Positions 55,687 to 64,000 of a DNA stretch of 64,000 bases are shown here, piece by piece. Position numbers and translations under genes: made by a program. The notes below the pieces were generated by a model. The model ran no database searches, had not been told where the DNA came from, and saw only the letters and a program-made list of their open reading frames with translations. The first letter of the stretch is position 1, and every line of letters starts with the position of its first letter. The stretch is from an uncultured Clostridia bacterium (GTDB lineage Bacteria > Bacillota > Clostridia > Oscillospirales > Acutalibacteraceae): NCBI GenBank assembly GCA_944385105.1, contig CALWVR010000027.1:96249-160248 (forward strand), written 5' to 3'.

Positions 55687-55980
55687 ATGACATTTCAAGA
55701 ATTTATAGAAAAAAAACCTAACTTTATAAAGGAAGCAAAAAAATGTACTAGCGAAGAAGAATTTACTAATGTAGCTGAGGCATATGGAGTTAAATTTGGG
55801 AAAGACTCCTTTGATAAGGCGTATGAAATTATAGTTGGAGGTAAAGGAAAAACTAAACTTTCAGAAGATGCGTTAGATTCAGTTTCTGGTGGGACTAACA
55901 TAGAGGTAACTCAAGTTGATCTTGGTGGAATGTTTAAGGGAAATAATAATGAAAGTACTTTTATATTTAATATTAAATAG
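55687..55980 (+). CDS. Orphan Nif11-like-leader precursor; leader ends LSEDALDSVSGG; core TNIEVTQVDLGGMFKGNNNESTFIFNIK
   Basis: The 69-aa leader has EEEFTNVAEAYGVKFGKDSFD (Nif11-like) and the LSEDALDSVSGG cleavage motif. The 28-aa core has no Cys and looks beta-strand-prone. Confidence 0.75.
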   Translation: MTFQEFIEKKPNFIKEAKKCTSEEEFTNVAEAYGVKFGKDSFDKAYEIIVGGKGKTKLSEDALDSVSGGTNIEVTQVDLGGMFKGNNNESTFIFNIK

Positions 55981-55989
55981 AAATTAAAT

Positions 55990-56020
55990 AAGGGGTCCTC
56001 TTTTTATTAGAGGACCTCTT
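55990..56020. terminator. Bidirectional terminator shared with spoVAD
   Basis: Hairpin AAGGGGTCCTCT...AGAGGACCTCTT. Confidence 0.8.
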
Positions 56021-57032
56021 AAATTTTACTTTTGATATTTATTAAATGAGCAATGGAAGGAATGCTTTCACCTTGCTGAGTTGATGTTGGGGACATTAAA
56101 GCACCAGTAGCTAAAAAAATTATATTGTTTAATTCTCCCTCTTTTAGCTTGTTTAGTATAACGGAGCATAGAACAACAGCAGAGCAGCCACAACCGGAAC
56201 CCCCAGCATGTACATCTTGTGAGTCTTTATTGTAAATTAATAAACCACAGTCTTTATGGTTATCCTTAATTTCTATATTATCTTTTTCCAGTAAATCTTT
56301 TAGTAGTTTACTACCTACTTCTCCTAAATCTCCTGTTAGTATAAGGTCATAGTCGCTAGGAGATGTATTAGTATCGGAAAAGAAGTCTTTAAGAGTGCTA
56401 GCAGCAGCAGGAGCCATAGCTGCTCCCATATTATTTGCATCTTTTATTCCAAGATCTATAATACGTCCAGCTGTTACATGAGATATAATTGGACTTTGTC
56501 CATTGCTGCCCACAATAGCAGCTCCGGAACCAGTCACAGTCCATTGGGCGGTAGGAGTTCTTTGTCCTCCATATTCTAAAGGAAATCTAAATTGCCTTTC
56601 TGCCGAACAAAAGTGTGACGATGTTATAGCAATGCAGTGGCGTGCTATACCAGAATCTACCATTAAGGATGATAGTAAGAGTGTTTGCGCCATGGTTGAG
56701 CATGCTCCATATTGACCTAAAAATGGAATATTAAGTTTTCTTAACCCGAAGGTAGACGATATACATTGATTTAGTAAATCACCAGCAAATATATAGTCAA
56801 TTTCAGAACTTTCTACACCAGACTTTTTTATAGCGAGATTAACAGCCTCAGTTTGTAATTGACTTTCAGCCTTTTCCCATGATGATTGCCCTAAAGTGGT
56901 ATCCTCAAATGTTTTATCAAAGAATTTTCCAAGTGGTCCTTCGGCTTCTTTTTTGCCGCATACAGCAGCAAACCCTTCTATGGATGGGGAATTTTCAAGT
57001 TCTATTGTATAATTTCCTTTTCGCTTTGCCAT
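56019..57032 (-). CDS. spoVAD: Stage V sporulation protein AD (thiolase-fold, DPA channel component)
   Basis: 337 aa. It has IEGFAAVCGKKEAEGPLGKFFD, WEKAES, and QYGACSTMAQ with the conserved Cys, typical of SpoVAD. Confidence 0.88.
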   Translation of the reverse strand: MAKRKGNYTIELENSPSIEGFAAVCGKKEAEGPLGKFFDKTFEDTTLGQSSWEKAESQLQTEAVNLAIKKSGVESSEIDYIFAGDLLNQCISSTFGLRKLNIPFLGQYGACSTMAQTLLLSSLMVDSGIARHCIAITSSHFCSAERQFRFPLEYGGQRTPTAQWTVTGSGAAIVGSNGQSPIISHVTAGRIIDLGIKDANNMGAAMAPAAASTLKDFFSDTNTSPSDYDLILTGDLGEVGSKLLKDLLEKDNIEIKDNHKDCGLLIYNKDSQDVHAGGSGCGCSAVVLCSVILNKLKEGELNNIIFLATGALMSPTSTQQGESIPSIAHLINIKSKI

Positions 57033-57157
57033 ATAAACCTCGATTCTCCACTAAAATACGTGGTAAATTATATATTACTATTATTTAAGCAATAGCATAT
57101 ATTTATACGTTATAAACTAGAGAGAAAAATATATTTATATGGATTTATTGTTTATAA

Positions 57158-57724
57158 TTATAGTACGAGATTATTTGTAGACTTAATAGCATTTTTTATT
57201 GGTAAAGCAATAAAACTAACAGCTAGTGCTTTAAGGATATCAAAGAGAATAAATGGAATAATACAGGTTAATATAGCGGAAGAACATGGAACAGATAAAA
57301 CTATCATATAATGCAATGTTCCAAAGAGATAACATACGAATAAACCTATTATTGATGATATAAATACCTTTATAAAGTCGGGCATTTTAGTAAAAGAGAG
57401 ATGCTGATAAGAAATATTAGTTATCAATGCGACAAATAGGTAAGAAATTATATAGCCTCCGGTAGGGCCTATGATGACAAATATACCACCTTTAAATCCG
57501 GAAAAAACGGGTAATCCAATTATGCCGAGAAAAATAAAGATAAATGTAGATAGAAGCGCTCTTTTTAAACTTAGAATATTTGAAGCGAGTAATACACCAA
57601 ATATACCTAGTGATATAGGGATAGGACCTATAGGAATGGTTGTAACAGAACAAATACATAAAATTGCAGCAAACATAGAGCATATAGCTATATCATAAAA
57701 TTTTTTTCTTTGTGACATTTTCAT
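57158..57724 (-). CDS. bioY: Biotin transporter S-component BioY
   Basis: 188 aa with TM pattern PIPISLGIFGVLLA...GLPVFSGFKGG...GPTGGYI. Confidence 0.85.
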   Translation of the reverse strand: MKMSQRKKFYDIAICSMFAAILCICSVTTIPIGPIPISLGIFGVLLASNILSLKRALLSTFIFIFLGIIGLPVFSGFKGGIFVIIGPTGGYIISYLFVALITNISYQHLSFTKMPDFIKVFISSIIGLFVCYLFGTLHYMIVLSVPCSSAILTCIIPFILFDILKALAVSFIALPIKNAIKSTNNLVL

Positions 57725-57849
57725 TACCCCTATTCATATATGTGAATTAAGATTATTATATTAAATCAAATATTTGTAGTCAACAAAACTAACTAAAGTT
57801 TATTGACTGAAATAAATTGTAAAAATTTTATTAAGATGACAATTTATAC

Positions 57850-57878
57850 TTGATTTTTGGTGTGTATAAATATAAAAT
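57850..57878 (+). promoter_or_regulatory. groESL promoter
   Basis: TTGATT, a 17-nt spacer, then TAAAAT, immediately upstream of CIRCE. Confidence 0.5.
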
Positions 57879-57882
57879 ATTA

Positions 57883-58231
<349 letters not shown>

Positions 58232-58278
58232 ATCTTAATTTATATTTTACTTAATAAAGTCTATTATATTTTACTTAA

Positions 58279-59931
<1,653 letters not shown>

Positions 59932-59975
59932 AAGAAAATTTGAATAACTGTCATATGTGCAGATATGATAGTAAC

Positions 59976-60006
59976 AAAAAAGGAGGCTTTTGGCCTCCCT
60001 TTTTTG
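59976..60006. terminator. Bidirectional terminator (groEL and the convergent GG-leader peptide gene)
   Basis: A-run, GGAGGC-TTTTG-GCCTCC, then T-run. Confidence 0.85.
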
Positions 60007-60023
60007 TTGTCTAATTAAGAGTT

Positions 60024-60290
60024 CTAGTTTTCCCTAGCCATAGTATTATATAGGTGAGTATAATATTGAGCTTTTTCCTCGTTCTCCTTGGTATAATTAT
60101 ATTGACAAGCGTCTGCAAAATGATTTGCCATTTCCTTAAAATACTCTTGGGTTTGTTGCTTATTATAGTTGGTAACTTCCATAAAGTCTGCAATCTCTTG
60201 CTTAGTTTCCTGTTCGCCAAAATTGAAGTTTGCAGAACCTGCAAAACCTCCACTTACATTGTCTAAATTATTAAGGTCTAATTTTTTCAT
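60024..60290 (-). CDS. Double-glycine-leader secreted peptide/protein, 88 aa (15-aa leader MKKLDLNNLDNVSGG plus 73-aa acidic mature part)
   Basis: The leader is a classic class-II-bacteriocin/peptide-pheromone type (L..xxLxxVSGG). RBS is AAAGGATG and a terminator follows. Confidence 0.75.
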   Translation of the reverse strand: MKKLDLNNLDNVSGGFAGSANFNFGEQETKQEIADFMEVTNYNKQQTQEYFKEMANHFADACQYNYTKENEEKAQYYTHLYNTMAREN

Positions 60291-60510
60291 GTTTACACAT
60301 CCTTTCTTTGTATAGATATATTATACCAAATATATTTTAAAAAGCCCATAATTTTATTAAAATATTTTATAAAATATAAAATTTAATAATATTTAAAAGG
60401 AAAGACCAATATTTTATTTAAATATACTCAAAGTGCCTATGAATTTAGTGATGGATGAAATATATTAAAAAATTTAGATAATGTATTACGTGTATAGATA
60501 TGATTGTAAC

Positions 60511-60540
60511 AAAAAAGGAGGATAAAATCCTCCCTTTTTA
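60511..60540 (-). terminator. Terminator of the second GG-leader gene
   Basis: GGAGGA-TAAAA-TCCTCC with A/T runs. It is paralogous to the terminator at 59976. Confidence 0.8.
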
Positions 60541-60834
60541 TTACCACATTCCATGTAAATTTTGATCATATTTTCCCATTTCCATTGAATTATATAAGTG
60601 CGAATAATACTGAGCTTGTTTTAAACTTTTTTCATCTTGAGATATCTTATACGCGAAATTAAGGTCATCTGCCATGGCTTCAAGATATTGTAGCGTTTCA
60701 TACCTATCACCGTCGAAGGAGTCAATCCAACCATTGATTTCTTCTAAAGTTTCTGCTTCTCCGAAATTAAATTCATCGTAACCTTTAAGACCGCCACTAA
60801 TATTATCTAAATTATTAAGATCTAATTTTTTCAT
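60541..60834 (-). CDS. Double-glycine-leader secreted peptide/protein, 97 aa (leader MKKLDLNNLDNISGG plus 82-aa acidic mature part)
   Basis: Paralog of 60024. Shared motifs are FNFGE.ET..EI and AQYY(T/S)HLYN(T/S)M. Confidence 0.75.
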   Translation of the reverse strand: MKKLDLNNLDNISGGLKGYDEFNFGEAETLEEINGWIDSFDGDRYETLQYLEAMADDLNFAYKISQDEKSLKQAQYYSHLYNSMEMGKYDQNLHGMW

Positions 60835-61469
60835 GTTTACACATCCTTTCTTTATGTAGTTATATTATACTAAAAACACTTTAAAGAATCAATAATTTTA
60901 TTAATAACATTTTATAAATATAAAATATTATTATTCAAAAGACAAAATTAATATTTTATTAAAATATACTTTAAATGCCTATGAATTCAGTAATGATCGG
61001 GGAATATTAATGAACCTTAGTTCTAAAGTTTATATTTAGGATTCATTAAAATTTTAGTAGCTAATGCAAGGTAATATTTGTATTTAGAATCCTCGTGATA
61101 TGTTGATGGAAAGTTTTCGGCAAAAACAGCTCTATGGGTACAGTGTTTCATATGCTCAAGAAGCTTTTTATAGAGCTGTCATGCTATTAGCTTAAGCTTG
61201 CTTAGCCAATAATCTATTTCCTTATTTCTTTAATTATATAAGTATATTATATCCCAATATGTGAAGAAAAAATAAGTATGTATAAAAATATTTTCTATAC
61301 ATACTAAGTTTGGTAAAATATTAACAGCGTAATATAAGTTCCTTAAAAATGCACTAATATTTTAGGTCTGATAATTAATAAATAAGTTTCTAAATATGTG
61401 AGTTAAAAAGTTAAGCATATTTAAAATCTATTTTTATTCTTTATATAAAACCTAAAATGTTATGATAAT

Positions 61470-62993
61470 TTAAGCTTTCGTAAGACTGCGGAACCATTTA
61501 ATTTCTTCTCTACTTAATGTTCCGGAAAGAATTAAGAAGATAATATATAATATGATACTAATTGTAATTTCAATAGATACCTTAATTATAATTGACTGAG
61601 ATATATTACGAGAAAGAATGGTGAGAGCAAAAGTTGAGATAGAAGAACATAAAATGGGAGTTATGATCCAGTCGTTTATATTAATCTTTAAATGTGTAAC
61701 TTTTAAAAGGCGATTTATACTGAGAGTAGAATTTAGTATTGTGCTTGTAAAGACCATAATAATAAGTCCATTTATACCTATAAGAGGAAGTAAGATAAAG
61801 ATTAAAATAACTCTAATTATGGAGTCTATTATGTTATAAGACAGGTAAGAAAGCTGTTCGTTTAGTCCTTTTAACATACCATCAACAATTTTATCAAGAT
61901 ACATGAGTGGGACAAGAGGGGCAAATATACTTAGGTATATTCCACATTCTTTGCTTGAATATATACATTCGCCTAGATCTTTTGCAAAGAATATGAAAAT
62001 ATTCATAATCATTATAGAAAACAGCAAAGTTAGTTTAATTATTCTCGAAGCCATATAATGTATATTTTTTTTATGATTTATAATGTTTGCCTCAGACATC
62101 TCAGGGAGTATAAGCATAGAAAATGATACTAAAAATAATGTTGGGAAGCTTATGATGGGCATTACCATACCAGTAATCATACCATATATGGATAATGCTG
62201 AATATGAAGATGCTCCGTATTTCTTAAGTCCCGAAGGGATGAGTATATTTTCCACGCTACTTAGTCCTGCACGCAAAGATGCACTACCTGTTAAAGGGAA
62301 AAACAATTTAATTATTTTTGAAAAAAGTTTGTTTTTACTTTGGTTGGTTACTTTAATGTCTTTTACATCTGTAGAGTAAAGTATATATGAGTAAATACAA
62401 GAAAGTATTTCTGATATAGTAGTACCAGCTACAATGGCAGCGCATGCATATTCTATACCCATAGGGGCCATCTTACCAATTAATACAATAAATATTAAAA
62501 TTTCAATAATTTGTTCAAGCAGTTGCTCACTTGCAGTTTTAATTACCTTTCTAACTGCATAAAAGTATCCTCTAAAGCATGAAGATATAGCTACAAAAGG
62601 TAAGCTTGGGGCTAATATTTTTAGAGAAAGAATGGAATTATGATCGTGTATTATATAATTACCTATTTGTTCGGCAAATATAAACATAATACTTCCTGCC
62701 AATAAGCTTATTATAATTCCTAAAGTAAGACATTTTCTTATAGTGGATTTAGCCTTGTCATATTGCCTTTGAGCTATGAAATCAGTTACTAGGCGTGTAA
62801 CAGTAAGACTAATGCCAGTCGTTGAAAAGGTAGCAGCAAAAAAGTAAATTGATATTACAAGTTGATATAGTCCAATGCCTTGTGCTCCTACTTTATTTGA
62901 CATATATATCCTGAATAGTATGCCAATAGTCATATTTATAATGGACGTAAGAGAAAGTAGAAATGCATTTATTAAGAAGGTTTTCTTTTTCAT
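61470..62993 (-). CDS. spoVB: Stage V sporulation protein B / MurJ-like MOP-family flippase
   Basis: 507 aa with about 14 TM segments. The N-terminus FLINAFLLSLTSIINMTIGILFRIYMSNKVGAQGIGLYQLV is typical of SpoVB. Confidence 0.75.
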   Translation of the reverse strand: MKKKTFLINAFLLSLTSIINMTIGILFRIYMSNKVGAQGIGLYQLVISIYFFAATFSTTGISLTVTRLVTDFIAQRQYDKAKSTIRKCLTLGIIISLLAGSIMFIFAEQIGNYIIHDHNSILSLKILAPSLPFVAISSCFRGYFYAVRKVIKTASEQLLEQIIEILIFIVLIGKMAPMGIEYACAAIVAGTTISEILSCIYSYILYSTDVKDIKVTNQSKNKLFSKIIKLFFPLTGSASLRAGLSSVENILIPSGLKKYGASSYSALSIYGMITGMVMPIISFPTLFLVSFSMLILPEMSEANIINHKKNIHYMASRIIKLTLLFSIMIMNIFIFFAKDLGECIYSSKECGIYLSIFAPLVPLMYLDKIVDGMLKGLNEQLSYLSYNIIDSIIRVILIFILLPLIGINGLIIMVFTSTILNSTLSINRLLKVTHLKININDWIITPILCSSISTFALTILSRNISQSIIIKVSIEITISIILYIIFLILSGTLSREEIKWFRSLTKA

Positions 62994-63099
62994 ATGTATT
63001 TAAACACTCCGTTCTGCTTCCTAATATATGATAAAATATATATTGGTATTCTTTATAATTTGTGGTACAATAAAAAAATATAACTTAGGAGGTATATAA

Positions 63100-63603
63100 A
63101 TGGATTTTGATAGAATATTTAAAATTATGGATAGTTCATTTCCAGATAGTGAAATGAGAACATATAAGGATCAAAAGAAACTTTTAGATAATGAATTATA
63201 TCACATTAATATAGAGGTTAATGAAGAAAATAAAATAATAGGTTTTTTAGCTTACTGGGATTTACCAAGTTGTATATTCTTAGAGCATTTGGCTGTTTTA
63301 AAAGAAAAGAGAAATAAGGGAATAGGGAAAAAATTTTTGACTGATATTATTAATAATTCAAGAAAAAAAATCTTTTTAGAGGCAGAACCTCCAGTTGGTG
63401 AAATGTCAAAAAGAAGGATAAATTATTATAGGAGGCTTGGATTTAAACTAAATGAATTTTTTTATGAACAACCACCCTTAAGGGAAAGTGAAGGGCCACA
63501 ACGTTTAATGATTATGAGTTATCCTGATCCTGTTAATGAAGAACAATTTTTAAAATATAAAAAAGATATATTTAAAAATGTTTATAAAATTGATAATATA
63601 TAA
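63100..63603 (+). CDS. GNAT-family N-acetyltransferase
   Basis: 167 aa. Acetyl-CoA motif A is LAVLKEKRNKGIGKKF, and YYRRLGF lies in motif B. Confidence 0.75.
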   Translation: MDFDRIFKIMDSSFPDSEMRTYKDQKKLLDNELYHINIEVNEENKIIGFLAYWDLPSCIFLEHLAVLKEKRNKGIGKKFLTDIINNSRKKIFLEAEPPVGEMSKRRINYYRRLGFKLNEFFYEQPPLRESEGPQRLMIMSYPDPVNEEQFLKYKKDIFKNVYKIDNI

Positions 63604-63629
63604 TTAATAAAATAAGAGGTGCATATAGA

Positions 63630-64000
63630 ATGAATGATTATATTATTATTACAGATTCAACGAGTGATTTACCAGAGTATTTAGTAAAAGAATTAGGCAT
63701 AAAGGTAATGCCTATGAAGTACATAATAGATGGCGATAATTATTGTGATGAAAATGTAATGCCTATTACTGATTTCTACAAGATGATGAGAAACAAGAAA
63801 AGACTAACGACTTCTTCAATAAATGTTGCAACGTTTATTGAAGAATTTGAGAACCAAGTCAAAAATGGAAAAGATGTAATTTATATTTCACTTTCTTCAG
63901 GGATAAGTGGCAACTATTCTGCAGCAAAAATAGCAGCGCAGGAAATTATGGAAAGACATAAAGGTAGCAAGGTATTTGCTGTTGATTCACTGTGCGCCTC
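63630..64000 (+). CDS. DegV-family fatty-acid-binding protein (3'-truncated by window edge)
   Basis: Not in the ORF track because no stop lies within the window. ATG 63630 follows AAGAGGTG. Translation is MNDYIIITDSTSDLPEYLVKELGIKVMPMKY...TSSINV...IYISLSSGISGNY. Confidence 0.85.
   Translation, partial: MNDYIIITDSTSDLPEYLVKELGIKVMPMKYIIDGDNYCDENVMPITDFYKMMRNKKRLTTSSINVATFIEEFENQVKNGKDVIYISLSSGISGNYSAAKIAAQEIMERHKGSKVFAVDSLCA

Larger units (their letters stand above)
59950..61010 (-). repeat. Tandem segmental duplication (two units of about 520-545 bp: terminator, GG-leader gene, upstream region)
   Basis: The terminator flank (GATATGAT(A/T)GTAACAAAAAAGGAGG), the coding region and about 170 bp of upstream AT-rich DNA (CATGTTTACACATCCTTTCTTT..., ...AAATGCCTATGAATT) are recognisably repeated. 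Confidence 0.8.

Noticed and set aside
60291-60480. SigmaA -35/-10 assignment for the GG-leader genes
   Set aside because: A TATAAT is present on the minus strand at about 60320-60325, but no acceptable -35 lies at 16-18 nt. The promoter may depend on an activator, so I did not annotate it as a feature.
61020-61230. Minus-strand frame reading ...EIDYWLSKLKLIA*QLYKKLLEHMKHCTHRAVFAENFPSTYHEDSKYKYYLALATKILMNPKYKL
   Set aside because: It looks like the 3' remnant of a helical-bundle protein gene, but it has no start codon and an in-frame stop, and I cannot assign a family. It is too weak to annotate. It may be debris linked to the neighbouring duplication.

Overview
AT-rich chromosomal segment from a spore-forming, Clostridia-class Firmicute. 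Most of it is conserved core genome. On the minus strand: tatD, metG, rnpB (RNase P RNA), type III glutamine synthetase, asnB, a CNNM/CorC transporter and rlmB. On the plus strand: the block remA-gmk-rpoZ-priA-def-fmt-rsmB-rlmN-stp-prkC-rsgA-thiN, then nifJ (PFOR), xth, a GldA/F/G-like ABC module, tRNA-Thr and tRNA-Tyr, and CIRCE-groES-groEL. Sporulation genes are a spoIIE 3' end, a gerQ-like gene, spoVAD and spoVB. The stand-out is a co-directional locus of about 12.4 kb (5352-17785). It runs sigmaA-type promoter, PBP-type lipoprotein, HlyD-like adaptor, C39-peptidase ABC exporter, second ABC exporter, 14 small genes with Nif11-like leaders, one decayed copy, a 293-aa protein with an HExxH motif, and a terminator. 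Thirteen of the 14 small genes end their leader in a double-glycine motif. Ten of them are tandem paralogs with near-identical 61-aa leaders and hypervariable, cysteine-free cores rich in Thr, Tyr, Asn, Ile and Asp. No known RiPP maturase is present in the locus (no LanM/LanBC, YcaO, radical-SAM/SPASM, ATP-grasp or nitrile-hydratase-like gene). I flag this as the candidate undescribed system. Three more candidate cargoes for the same exporter lie elsewhere in the window: an orphan Nif11-like precursor at 55687 and a tandem pair of genes with short GG leaders and long acidic mature domains at 60024 and 60541. Other oddities are a pseudo-peptidase paralog, a catalytically degenerate P-type-ATPase-like membrane protein, a solitary spoVAD, an orphan ABC ATPase, and a decayed islet next to the tRNAs. 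No IS elements, prophage genes, CRISPR arrays or rRNA were seen.
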